Positions 11,801-25,206 of a stretch of DNA of 64,000 bases are shown one piece after another. Where the stretch lies: assembly GCF_006345805.1 (NCBI RefSeq), contig NC_043020.1, positions 29,884,001 through 29,948,000 on the forward strand, given 5' to 3'. Source of the DNA: Octopus sinensis. Its lineage: Eukaryota. A model generated the notes under the pieces. That model had not been told where the DNA came from. It worked only from the letters and a program-made list of their open reading frames with translations, and searched no databases. Position 1 is the first letter of the stretch, and every line of letters starts with the position of its first letter. The position numbers and the translations under genes were made by a program.

Positions 11801-14800
11801 CTAAACAGAAAATGCTGGGCAACATCAAATTTATTGGTGAGTTTGGATATTGGATATTTATTTATCTACTACACTCGCGGAGTGGTTGGTGTTAGGAAGG
11901 GCATCCAGCTGTAGAAACACTGCCAGATCAGACTGGAGCCTGGGGCAGCCCCTGGCTCCCCAGACCCCGGTCGAACCGTCCAACCCATGCTAGCGCGGAA
12001 AACGGACGTTAAACGATGATGATGATTATCAGTAAAATATGTTTATTCTTTGTTATATAAAAAAAAAAAAATTAAACTCAATCAATATTTTACACTCTGT
12101 TTAAAGACGTATTCTGTGTGATTGTCTGTTTCAGTTTTGTAAATGGATTTATGGATCCCTATTTGCAAGTAATGTGTTTATATTAAGCTGTAAATCAGTT
12201 TGTACCTATGGGTCTATTAAACTGGAGCCTATTCTAGTTTCTGTGTCACTGAGAGCCCAACTCCACTTGACCCTAATAAGGATGCCTACTTGTTGCTCCC
12301 CACATCCAGTTGCTGGTATTCAGTTTTAGCCGAATGGACAACGTAAAGTGAGGTGCTTTATCTTGCTCAAAGCCACAACATATTGTCTGGTGTGAGAAGC
12401 AATCTGCACTCTAATGATTTTGACCTCAAAACCCTTAACTCATAACCCTTGCATCATGAACCATCACAAGCTTTTTAGGTTAACTAATAAAAATTTTTTT
12501 AAAGTTATTTTATTTTGGTAACCCACTTTTTCTAATTACTGTCAATTAAGTGCAAGATCAAATGAGAGAATTAGATTGGTTGTAACAAACATCCTCATAT
12601 TAATGAATACTTTTGCCCTAAATATGTCAATTTAGGTAATTTGTTTCACTTTATAGGAAAAATATTTATCAAAATAATGAAATGTCCTTATTTTTCTATA
12701 TCTTCAAAACTGATGTAATAATTATTTCTTCATTAAAATTTAATTAATCTTGTTTAGAAACCTCATTTTCTCAATATGAAACCGTGTGTTGTGCTTTGAC
12801 TTATGAACTCCATTGAATATTTATTAAAAAAATTTGTTGTTGGAATTTTGAAACAAAAACCATTTCTGTTAAACATTTATCTGTGAAACTCTTTAAAACG
12901 GTAGCTCCATTTTGGTTGTGTGGATCTTACTCCTGAACCTTTCACATAAAACAACAGGTGAATAAAGGTAATGATATCTTAATATAAACGAATTTCAGGT
13001 GAACTTGGCAAACTGGAGATGCTGCACGAGGGCATTTTGCACAAATGCATCAAGCAGCTTCTGGAAAAGAAGAAAAACGTCCCCGTTAAAGATATGGCTG
13101 AGGACTTGGAGTGCTTGTGCCAGATAATCCGTACTGTAGGCCGACGCCTTGACTCTCTTGAGGCTAAGGTAATTATTGCTCTTCTTTATAATTCTAATGT
13201 TTCTGGTTACCATACTGCTGCAAAATGGGTCATCTTCCTTGTGTATTGTTATCGGTTATCAATAATCTTGTGTTGACGTCTAATATAATCTGTTCTAGTT
13301 GCCACCAAAAATCCAGTGTAAGAAATTTGAGTGCCTGGTCCTTGCTTGATACTAAATTTTGGCTATATTAATTAACTCCACTGTAGGTTAATAGAGTAAA
13401 CATTTATAATTAATTTCCTGTGTAACAGATTTTTCTGAGGCATGGCTGTGGGATTAAGAAGTTCACTTCCTTACTCTATGGTTTTGGGGGTCAGTCTCAT
13501 TTGTAATGCCTTCTACCGATACTCCTGGGTTGGCCTCAGTCTTTGGCAGTTGATTTGGTAGATGGAAACTGAAAGAAACATTGGACCTGTGTACCTTTTG
13601 TGTGGGTGTTGCATAATACTTGTAAATAGGCGTTAGCTTCACGGATGCAATGTCATGCATTTCCAGTTGTCTTTGGAAGCATTTCTAGTCACAAGGAAAC
13701 GGTAACATTTAATATGGTCAGGACTATGTGATAGTGAGAAAACTCTTTCAATATATCCACTCCCTATTTCAATAGTTTTGAAGCTTGTTATTTGTAACAG
13801 TTAATTAGGGAACCTAATGATGTTAGATTTTTTACAGAAATTAAAAATGTTAATTTGTAGCTAATGGAGAATCATTTGTAGTTAACGCCTTTACTTCTAT
13901 CAACATTTTTTTTTTCATGGAAAGTGAATTACTAAAAAAACAATTTAATTTTTCAGGCCTGGATGGATAAGTACTTTGAGCGAATTAAGAACTTCGCTTC
14001 TAACACAGAATTGCCCTCAAGAATTCGCTTCATGCTTCAAGATGTTGTTGAATTACGGGCCAACAAGGTAGTTATATACATTTGTTTTGGTTTTTTTTTT
14101 TTTTCATTTGTCATATTGTTGACTTTGATGCTTTTTTGATAATCTAATGCTGTTAAATATAGTTATTTGATATTACCATTTTTGATGTCTATTATTCTTC
14201 TCCCAGTGGGTACCACGGAAGGTGCTTAGTGATCATGGACCAAAGACAATATCCCAGATACGACAAGAAGCTGCAGACGTAAGCATATGTACCTTTTTTT
14301 TTTGTTTGTTTTTATCTAATCTTTTGTCATTTTTAATTTTTACAAATAGAATTATTGTGTTACGTTAAATATTCAAAAGACTTACTATTATCTGCAATGA
14401 AAGTATTAAATTCAAATATATTATTAAAAAATAAAATAAATAAATAATGATACTAATTGAGAATTGCTGTGTCTGGTAATAAATTTGAATTCTCATTTTA
14501 ATGACTTAACAATCTGTCTATTGTAAACCTAATTTGGAAATTATAAAAGCAAAAAGAAAGTTGAGCAAATTCTGCTAATTGTAATGAAAAATAACTGAAG
14601 AAATCTTAAGGCAGGAGTTACTTCTTTATTTATAGACTTGTTTTGAGAAAACACAGGACTTTTAGCTCTCTTTGGATGCATATATTTATTTTTATTTCAT
14701 ATAACAAGCAGTTGATCAATTGTGCTGTCTGTTACAGGCTTCAAGGTCGGCCAATCTCTGATTCACTCCATTTCTGATGGCAAAAGTGACAAAAGAGTGT

Positions 14801-17800
14801 TTGTGCAGCTCAGTAGGGAACACAGAATATTTCTTACTTCAAAACACCCATTTTTCAGTTGTTTTTTGGGGTTTTTTTCATGCCAGTGTTGAGATCTTAT
14901 ACACAATCAAGAACTGAGCCTTTGGGACCTCAGGGTAGCACCTTGCATGCTAAGTAGGTCTCACAAATGTAATTATTTCTGAGATAAAATATTTCGCCTT
15001 GCCCAAGTATTGAAATGTTCTGATGTTATGTGTCTTTAGTTTTATGTTTCCCTTTCTAACTTCTCCCTAGGAGTTTGGAATATACCTTGGTCTTCCGGAT
15101 GGATCGGGGCGTACTGGTGGACCTACTGGTGGTTTGTTTGGATCACGCATGATGAATGGAAATATGGGACCATGCCACAGAGGGGGATTGGCAGACATAT
15201 TCAGTGCTGCCCCTACTGGATTGCTTAGTGAGTATAACAAAGATATTTAAATATAATAATGTAAATTGTGTTACTAAATTAGTGATTTCGCCAGCTAAAT
15301 GCTTTTGGTGTTGACTTTGTATTCTTGGAATTTTTAGCCTTTTAATAACAGTGGCCCCGAATGACTTTCAAATAAATTAATATCATAAGTAATACATTTA
15401 GTAGATTTTTAACCAAATTATTTAATTTCTGATGTTGTAAACATGTCAGACAGTGGTAAAAGTCAGCATTGATTAACCTAGAAAGAGAATGGAATAAACG
15501 TTTTCTCCTCTTCTAATATTTTTTTTTATCTCCAAATTCCCAGCATCTGCTGACCCAAATTAGTCATTTTCATAACTAGAAACCTATTGACTCTTTAGTT
15601 TTGTTTGTTCTAATTTCATGCCAGAATGGTGATTTATAATTTGCCCATTTTAGACATGTTTTCTCTTGTAGATAACATTGGTACTGGACCAGGTGTAATT
15701 CAAGCAGATGGATTTTTGTCCGGTTATTCTATGAATATGGGCAGGAGAGGTAGTCAGCCAACACCAGGTGAGTTCATTCAAAGTTTTCTTGGCATCATTT
15801 TGATACCTTGTATTTAAAATTAATATTATGCAATTACAGCTTCCCACCTGTTTAATTATATTTGTAGCCTTGATTGTCTTACTTCAGTGTGGAGTTCCTT
15901 TTTTTTTTTCTTTGCTGAGAGGCAGAAAGTGATGAGGACCAAAGCAGGCCTGGTTGTATGGTTAAGATGTTCGTTTTGCAACAACCACCTGGTTTCAAGC
16001 TCAGTCCCATTGCATGGCACTTTGGGCAAGTTTCTTTGGTTGTAGCCCTGGGCTAACCAGTGCTTTGAGAATAAATCTGCTTAACAGGGACTGTCAAGAA
16101 GCCCATTTTGTGTATAGGGACCTGTGTGCATTAGTGTCTCCTTGTCTTGGCATTGATTTTAAACAAATGTCACTGTCTTACAAATGGTGTCAACTTGGAA
16201 TCTTCTTTGTGAACCTGTCTGGCCATTGTGCTGTTTGCTTTCAAAGGACTCGGGGGGAACCTATTGCCTTGCTTGGAAATAGGTGTGAATTATTGACAGG
16301 AAGAACATCCAGCCATAGGGAATTTACGTGAGCAAATTTCGTCTGACCCACGATGGAAGTGGAGATTAGAACCAAGATTATATTTCCAGATTGTGAATGT
16401 TGTCATCTTATTTGCATGAGACTGAGAGTGGTAACATGTTTATATTCCCTGGGAACAAGGAATCCAGTATCTGTGTTTTCAAAAAGTTTAGTGGGATTAA
16501 AAAAAAGTTTCTTAACCATTTTGTTCTCATATTTTTGTTGAAATATGTAGACTTTGTTTCACTTGATTTTGAAAATAATTAGAAATTTAGTAAAATGTCT
16601 TTGTCCTTATTAAAAAAAAAATCAAGTTGGTGTAGGGAACGTGAATTAATATGAAATTTTGATAGTTTTTAATTTAAATCACTTTAAAAACAAGAAGTTT
16701 GTATCTTAGAATCAGATATGGTCTCACATTGGTTGGCATCAAAAGAGTTGAGCCAAGTCAATGCTCTCTCTCTGTATATTGTTTCTAATATTTTCTTTTC
16801 TTTTCTTGTACTCTGCTAAATTATGTAAATCGCAAAATAAACAAAAATAAACATTTCTCATTAAATTAGGGTTTCATTCAACTAATAAACAACGGAAGAA
16901 AGCAAATGTTAATCTTGCGGACACTCGTGTCGTTTTCTTTGTAGGTAACTTTTCCAATCAGTTCAACAATAGACGCATGCAAGACAATAGTGCAGGCGGT
17001 CCAGTTGGAAACAGCATTGGATTTGGAATGAGTGGTGTTGGTACAGGTACCAGCCCCAGATCTACCAGACGAGTCAACCCACAACAAACGTCAGCACCAC
17101 CGATGTTTCAAACTCAACAAAACCACCAATCTCTTCCATTGGCACCAATGCAATCACCATTATTGGCACAGCCGCCTTTAAGCTCTGTGCAGAGGACACC
17201 AGGTCAGTTTCTTTTGCATATTTTATTTAACGAGCCACTTGTAATATTATTATCATTATTGCTAAAGGAGGTAAGCTGGCAGAATTGTTGGCATGCTGAG
17301 TTGAAATGCTTAGAAGTATTTCGTCTGTTGCTACATTCTGAGTTCAAATACCACAGAGGCTGACTTTGCTTTTCATCCTGTCAGGGTCGATAAAATTAAG
17401 CATCAGTGAAACACAGGTCAATACAACAACCCCCTCCCCCCAAATTTCGGGCCTTGTGCCTATAGTAGAGAGGATTATTGTTATTAAGGCAGTGAGCTGG
17501 CAGAATCGTTAGCACGCTAGGTGATATGCTTAGCAGTATTTCGCCCATCCTTATGTTCTGAGTTCAAATTCCACCAGGGTCGATGAAATAAGTACCTGTG
17601 AAACACTGGATCGATGTAATTGACTGTGCCCCCTCTCCCAATCTTCCAGGCATTGTGCCTATAGTAGATGTGATTATTATTATTTCTATTATTTTACCCC
17701 CTCATCACCCAGCTTTAAGTTGTCTCCCTGGGGGTTCATACTCTTGCAAACTGCATGATGGCCTCACTAGTGCTATGTAAAATGCATCCAGTATAATCAG

Positions 17801-20800
17801 AAAAGTGGTTAGCATTAGGGGAGACATCCAACCATAGAAACCATGTCAAGGTACACTGAGCCACAATGCATTCATTATTAGATCCATGAGAGCCTGTCAT
17901 ACCATCCAGGCCCTGGATTTTAAAAGAGTGCAGGCTTGAGGTTACCCTTTGCTCTACAGGGTTTATCATAATGGCATACAAAGTGTTAAGATATATTTTA
18001 ATACTTATAGGTAATAAGATGATAATATAAGATATAGGGGGGATGACATTGTTGTTAATGTTACACATTTTGGGCCCCATTGAAAGAGATCCTCTATTGG
18101 AAAGGCAAACTGTCATTTACCCACATTTCACAAAGAAGTGTCCTTCCTTTTTGTCACTTCTGTTGCTTTTTTTGTCTAAAGTTTCAAATTCTGCACCAAT
18201 TCCGGTTTAAATGGCTGCTCTAAATGGCTGCTTCACATCATTTGATCATTCCTCTTTTTTTTTCATTACCACTGACCTGGTTCATTTGAAAGTTGGCTGG
18301 ATTTAAGTTGTATTTTTATTTTCAAAATGTAAAATACTTTCTCTTTGTTCAATCAGATATTTACTTATCACATTAAAGATTAGACGTAGAAAATATATTT
18401 AGCACGTGTTTTGCATATAATCAATCCTTTTTGAGAATAATAAATGTCTCTTCAGATTTTTTCATCTGTTATCAGATAATGATTATAAAAGTGAAGGAAT
18501 ATTTATGTTTAATTTGAACGTTTTCTTCCTCTTGCCAGCCTTTTCAGCACCTGGAAGAGATTTGCCGCAAAGATTTATGCGCATGAACATGCAGCCACCA
18601 GTTGTACCGGAAAAACCAAACTCAGGACCTGAAGACATCAACCTTCGACCATACAAGCCATTTAACATGTTACGTCCATCAGTGCCAAACATGCTGTCTA
18701 AGCCTGTTCGTCCTTTGATTGGGACGCCACAAACAACGTTTCAGCCTCCATTATATGACATGGGATCAAATCCTAATCCACACTTGATAAACAAGCAGGC
18801 AAGTATTTGGGTTACTGTTGCAAAACCCGTGTTTGTCATTTTAAACTCTTTAATGTTTAGGTGATCTGTATTGACAAATCATAAGCAGAAATATGGAGAA
18901 TTTTGATTGTATTTTGTGCTGTTGAGGTTAGAATTAAGCTGAAACTACTGCCACTCTTGTATCAGCATCAAATGTTAAGGTTTGGCTGGAGAACCTGTTC
19001 TGGCCTTTCATGGAATTTGCAAAATTCTATACTTCCCATGGGTAGGATGGAATTGGTTGAGGCAGATTTTCTATGGCCAGAGGCTCTTCTTGTTGCCAAC
19101 CCAACATGTTTCCATAGATGAGATAGGAAATAAACACTTCTCTTGTATGATGGTGGTATTCATTTTACAACTATCAAGTGATGTTCATGCATGCATGTGC
19201 ACACATACACACACATACACACATATATATATTTATATATTTATATTTATATATAATAATACAGAAATTTTTAGACTATATAAAGAACACACACACTAGG
19301 CTTCTACCAAATTGATCCACAAGTTTTGGGTCAACCTGAGGCTATAGTACCCTTTCCCAAGGTGCCATGCTGTAGGACTGAACCCAAAACCCTGTGGTTG
19401 GAAACTGAACTTCTTAGCCATGCAGCCATGCCTGCACTTGGCTTTATAATTTATTTTAAGCTTATTATTTCATTGTTTTTATTTGTTATTCTTCATATAC
19501 ATCTATTTATATCAATGTAGATATGTATTTAAATGATGTCTCATTAAATTTGCAGCCTCAAATTACCATCAAGCAAGCTAATCCAGAAAAATCTAAAGCA
19601 GTCAAAAAAGCACCACTTACCAAAAAGGAGCTTGAAAACAGCATGGTAAGTTTCCTTTCCGCTATTTACCATTTTTGACTTCTTATATGCACAGCTTCAG
19701 TAACATTAGTTTAGTGTTTTTTTTCAATTCAAAGAAATTGCCTTTGTTGTGGTTATGGGCGAGAATAGTTGTAATAATTATCAAACTATGTGTAAAATGA
19801 TTGTCAGTTTTGCTTGCTGACTTCTGGGAGCATTATGCAAGAGCTGTGTTGTAGGTCAGAGACTGATGATTTTGTCCACATCTGAAGATGTGCACTGACA
19901 AATCTATAAAGCTTCTACCCCTTAAACACCACACACACACATTTTGTTGTGCACCATAACCTGTAATAGTTATTGTTGTAATTTATTTTAGAAACTGAAG
20001 CAGACATAATTGTACTATGGCTGTATTAAGTGTTGGCTTATATCTGAAAATTTGGTCATTTTGAAAAATTTCTGATGGTTCAAAAAGTATATAAGCCAAG
20101 GAAATGGTAGTTTGGAGACTTAGGACATGGGACTTTTTCGCGAATAGAAGTGAATATAAATAAATGTCCATTTAACAAAACTAAATCTTACACCACAAAG
20201 TGTAAGAAAACGTGGAATAATTGTTGTTTCTATTCTGTGTAAATATTTCTGTTTGCTTGCTTTGTTTGTTCTTTACATCAGTTGATATTGTTGCATTTCT
20301 GTTTTGAAGACTTCCTTACTTGATGATTACTTTAATTCTGGAGATGTTCAAGTAGCAACCAGTGCAATTAAAGATTTGAATGCTCCAAATAAGTAAGTAT
20401 ACACATTGATTTTTTATAACCTACTAATTATTCATGATTATCTAATTAGGAGCGTTTGATAATAGGTTAATCTGTTAATTAATCTAGAATAAATTGATAT
20501 TAATGTACTGCTAAATTTGGGTCTTTGACCTTTGACATTCATGTAGCATCACTCATACAGGCTTCCTTTATATTGTCATTTGCTCAGAGGAGGAAATCTT
20601 TTCTCATTACTCTTTAGTCCCGGTTGGATGATTTGAAAGAAGCCATCAGGCTCCAGTGTTTGCTTTGTCCTGGTTTCTGTGCCAACCACTTTACAGTGCG
20701 TAGTGGATGGTTTCTGCATGGCAATGGTACCAGTGAAATCACCAAGTAACTTGTATGACAAGACCCCCTCAAATGAGGTGGCTGGCTTTATTGTCAGGTG

Positions 20801-23164
20801 ATGAGGTAGAGGGTCAGAATTGGTGTCTTGCTGTAAAAGAGATACATGGCTGCCCCTGTTGGAAGAGACAGAAGATGGGCTGAAGAAGTGTCAGGGCGTA
20901 AATTTCTGCTCCCCTACCTATGGAGCAAAGACATTTTCCAGATGTTAATCTTCATTTACATCATTAATAATTTGTATTTTGCCCCATTTATCATGTTGCC
21001 TTGAAGGTTTTCTCATTGTCAACATTTTTTTTTTCTGGGTTTGGTGCTTTCAATATTACTTGTCAGCAATGGAAATTGGCTTATAGGTGTATATTACCCA
21101 ATTTATAACCAGACCTAGACTTTTGTGATGATGTAAAGAGCATAAGGAAGGACAAAAGACTGGGCAGAGTTCTGGTGGTGACCCACTTGTAATTTAAATT
21201 CTTCACAAGATTTCTTTCAAGTCCTGGCTTATTTATATAACTCTTGTACATAATTGTTTGATTCTAGTTTAAATTCTTTTGTAATTGTTTGTCAATAAAT
21301 TTTGGGTGTTTGTTCTAAAATCTGTTCCTATTACATTTCACCATAAAAAAAGAAAATATAAAGTTTATATAAATTTAATTTCAGATTTATTACCGATAGC
21401 ATTTACAAAATGATGTTAACCAATGTGGACAAAACAGGTCAGTATTTCTAATTGCATTTCTATAGATAATTACAATAATTATATTTATTTAAATTGTTGT
21501 AAGCAAGGGATTGCTGTAGAGAGTTATTGTACTTGAAACACGAGATTGAATTGAGTACGAAGTTCCTCAGTTAGCTTTGGTGTTGTGCTTAGATCTGTAA
21601 TTGAAAAGAATACAAGAGCAAATTTATCCTTTGGCTTGCAATCTTGGTTGAATTACTGTTTAGGGTAAAAAGTAGGGAAATGTATGCTTTAACTCATTAA
21701 CATTTAAGCCAGTGGTTTTCACTTGACCCTTGGGGGATTTTGCTGTTAAATTTTGTGTGCACTTAGTTATACTTCTACACTGTACAAAATTTTTTTTTTA
21801 ATACAATTTTTAATATTTAATTATAAAAATTATACTTAATTATATAATTATAAAAATTTTTAAACATCAAATGTCTGTAAGGGTTCACCTGAGTAAAATA
21901 GGAATCAAAAAAGATCCATAGGTAAAAAAAAAAAGGTGGGGTCAGGAACCACAGATTTTTCTGGCTCTAATATTCTTTTTCAATTTTAAAACTAGCCATA
22001 TCTGGCCTCTCACACCTACTCTACAATGTCGCTCAAAATATAAGCAATTGCATCATTGAAATCTTGATGCTATAAGATAGGTAATGCACAATTAGCTGAA
22101 AACAATGTAAACCAACGATAGTCTGGACATTGATAGGTTGAATATGCCTCCCTTGTTTAATGTTGTTTTAAAGGAAGTTTTTGTTTATTTTATTTTCCAG
22201 ATACCGAAAGAGAGAAAGTCATGAGTCTTGTAGTTGGCATGAAACCAGAAAACCTTGTAACATCAGAAACTTTCATAGGAGTAAGTAAAGATTGATATTT
22301 TTAAAGCTGTTTAACGCTTACATTTATAAAATCATTATTATTACCATTAATTAAGGATGTTTGCTTCATCAAGTGTCTAATTTTTATAGCTTGGGTTGCA
22401 TCATGCAGCTGGTGCTATCCACTATTCCTAATTTTAAATTCAAACTTCTAATCCTGCTAAATAGTATGAATAAACAATTATCTCCCTTGTACTTAATTCC
22501 CACTAGGGGACTCCACATGTTTGAAAATTTCTAACATTTTAGCAAAAATGTCAAGAATTTGTCATTTTGTAAAAGAATGCTTTATTATTTTTTTTTGTTT
22601 TTGTGCATCTGTTGATTGTATTTTGTGATGTCTGTTTTTAGGCTTACCGCAGCCTGCTTGAAAAACTTCAAGAGCTGGAGACTGACGTTCCATTGATTAA
22701 ATCCTATGTGGCCAGTTATGCAGCACATGCGATAGGAGGGAATGTTATCAGCCTATCGGAGCTTGCTGAAGTTTTGGACAAAGGAGCCCACTATCCACTC
22801 TTCCTTATTTCTCTACAACAAATGCACAAGCAGAAGGACAAAGAATGGCTAGTGAATGTCTTCAATGAAAGTAAGATAAACCTGCAAGACATGTTACCTG
22901 GTAAGGCCAAACGATTTAAGGGTCTTTTTCTTTTGTGGGTTGAAATTTTCAAAAATTCCCTGTTTTATCTCCTAAAAGTTTTAATTTACATTTTTATATA
23001 ATGAATCTATTTTATGATCATGAAATTCATCATCATCCTCGTTTAACGTCCATTTTCCATGCTGGCATGGGTTGGACGAATTCATTATGATTAATGTGTA
23101 AATTCTTTTATACATTGAGATATTCAAAATAATTCAAGACAGAAAGACAACCGTCTGAACCATA

Positions 23165-23197
<33 letters not shown>

Positions 23198-25175
23198 TCA
23201 TGGTGCTTATACACTTTTGAACCCCGAGAGAGGTCACCATATTATGTTTGTTATAATAAAGTGTTCTGTGTATTGAGATGGCTGAGTGCACTTGGAATTT
23301 ACTGAGTGTGTCTAGTATACAATCAGTTGTATGGTCTGCAATCCTCTCAGTGGCTCGTTTCTCTTTTTCTGTCTCGAATAGAATCTTATCTTCATCATCA
23401 TCATTTAAACGTCCGCTTTCCATGCTAGCATGGGTTGGACGATTTTGACTGATGGCTGCACCAGGCTCCAATCTTGATCTGGCAGAGTTTCTACCGCAGG
23501 ATGCCCTTCCTAATGCCAACCACTCTGAGAGTGTAGTGGGTACTTTTTATGTGCCACCGGCACGGGGGCCAGTCAAGCGGTACTGGCAATGACCTCTCTC
23601 GAATCTTTTTACACATGCCACTGGCACAGGTGCCAGTAAGGCGACGTTGGTAACAATCACGCTCAAATGATGCCCTTTTACGTGCCACCGGCACGGAAGC
23701 CAGTTGGCTGCTCTGGCAACGATCACGCTCAGATGGTGCTCTTATTACCCAACTAGCACGGGCACCAGTGCCAGTAAAGTGATGCTGGTAACGATCACAC
23801 TCGAATGGTGCCTTTTATGTGCCACTGGCACGGAAGCCAGTTAGCTGCTCTGTCAACAATCACACTCGTATGGTGCTCTTTGCACCCCGCTAGCACGGAT
23901 GCCATAATCTTTGATATTTAATAGTTTACATTTCAAATAGGTTCTAGTTCATTTATTGCGGACAATGGTTCATTAAGAGGCCTAGTTTGAAGAATTTTAT
24001 TTTATTTGGCTCTCTCTGAAATGAGAATTAAACTTATGGTAATGTTGTGTACTTTTGACTTCAGTTGCTCTTTTTTCTTCTTCCTCTCTCAACCCAGAAA
24101 TCGACCAGAGTAAAGAGAAAATGATGGAGATTTTAGAAGACAGGGGTCTTAGCTTTCTATTTCCTCTTCTCCGTATTCAATCTGAACTTTGGAAACAAAT
24201 CCAGACTGACCCCAGTGCCACAGCAATTTTTAAATGGATCAAGGACAAAGTGCAGAATGATTTGCACCAAAGCCCTGGTTTTGTTAATATTCTTACCACA
24301 AGGTTAGAAGACATTGTTTTAATATCTCTTTTTTTTTTTTTTTTACATTTCTCTCTATTTAAAATACACCTCTAGAGTCTTTCTCACAAGGTGATCTTGT
24401 TCCACAATTGTCACAGGCATAGTTGTGTGGTTAACAAGCTCACTTTGCAACCTTATAGTCTTGGGGTTCAGTACTTGCTGTGTGGGCTGATTGATTCTTG
24501 TGAGTGAATTTTGGTAGTGCGAAAGTGGAAGTTTGTGTGTGTGTGTGTGTATGCATCAGTTTGTTTACATTTCAGTAAATGGTTTGGCACAAAGTGACTG
24601 CTAGAATATGTATCAGACAGAGAGTAAGTCCTGAACCCCTAAAGGCAGTGTTCCAGTGACAAATAAAAGAATAATAAAATAATGATTGAAAATGTTGCAG
24701 TGTTTCACATGAATTTAATACAAAATCTTTCCCTTCAGTCTTTGTGAACAAATTATTCGGTTGCTAACGGTTAATGATTTTTCTTCCAATTATTCCCTAT
24801 AGAGAATATTAAAAAAAACTTAATCTCGTTGTCTTCTGTAATCTTACTTTGTACAGTAATTTCAGATAAAATTAATAATTGCTATTTGAAAGCAGCTTTT
24901 CTCTCTCTCCTTTCTTTAAAATTGTTGCAATTGATTTGATGTTTTGTAACTGTTTCCAAATCTATTTACAATATTTTTTTATTCTTTTCTATTCAGCATT
25001 CTCAAATATATTACAAAGGCATCAACATTATTGGAAAATTGCGACCCCAGTATACCACCAGAAAAACATTTGGTTGAGAAAGAAAAGGATATGTTGGATA
25101 AACTAAAAGTAAGATTTCTCTTCTTTTTGTTTTCTCCAATTGTATTATGTGTGTATGTGTGTGTGTGTATGTATA

Positions 25176-25206
<31 letters not shown>

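Noticed and set aside
11812-11814. First in-frame ATG as eIF4G2 start
   Set aside because: It would delete 159 codons including half of the conserved MIF4G domain; upstream exons are clearly coding.
20273-20281. Alternative CAG acceptor for coding exon 15
   Set aside because: Phase-0 use runs into TGA; the AAG acceptor at 20309 preserves the MA3 sequence.
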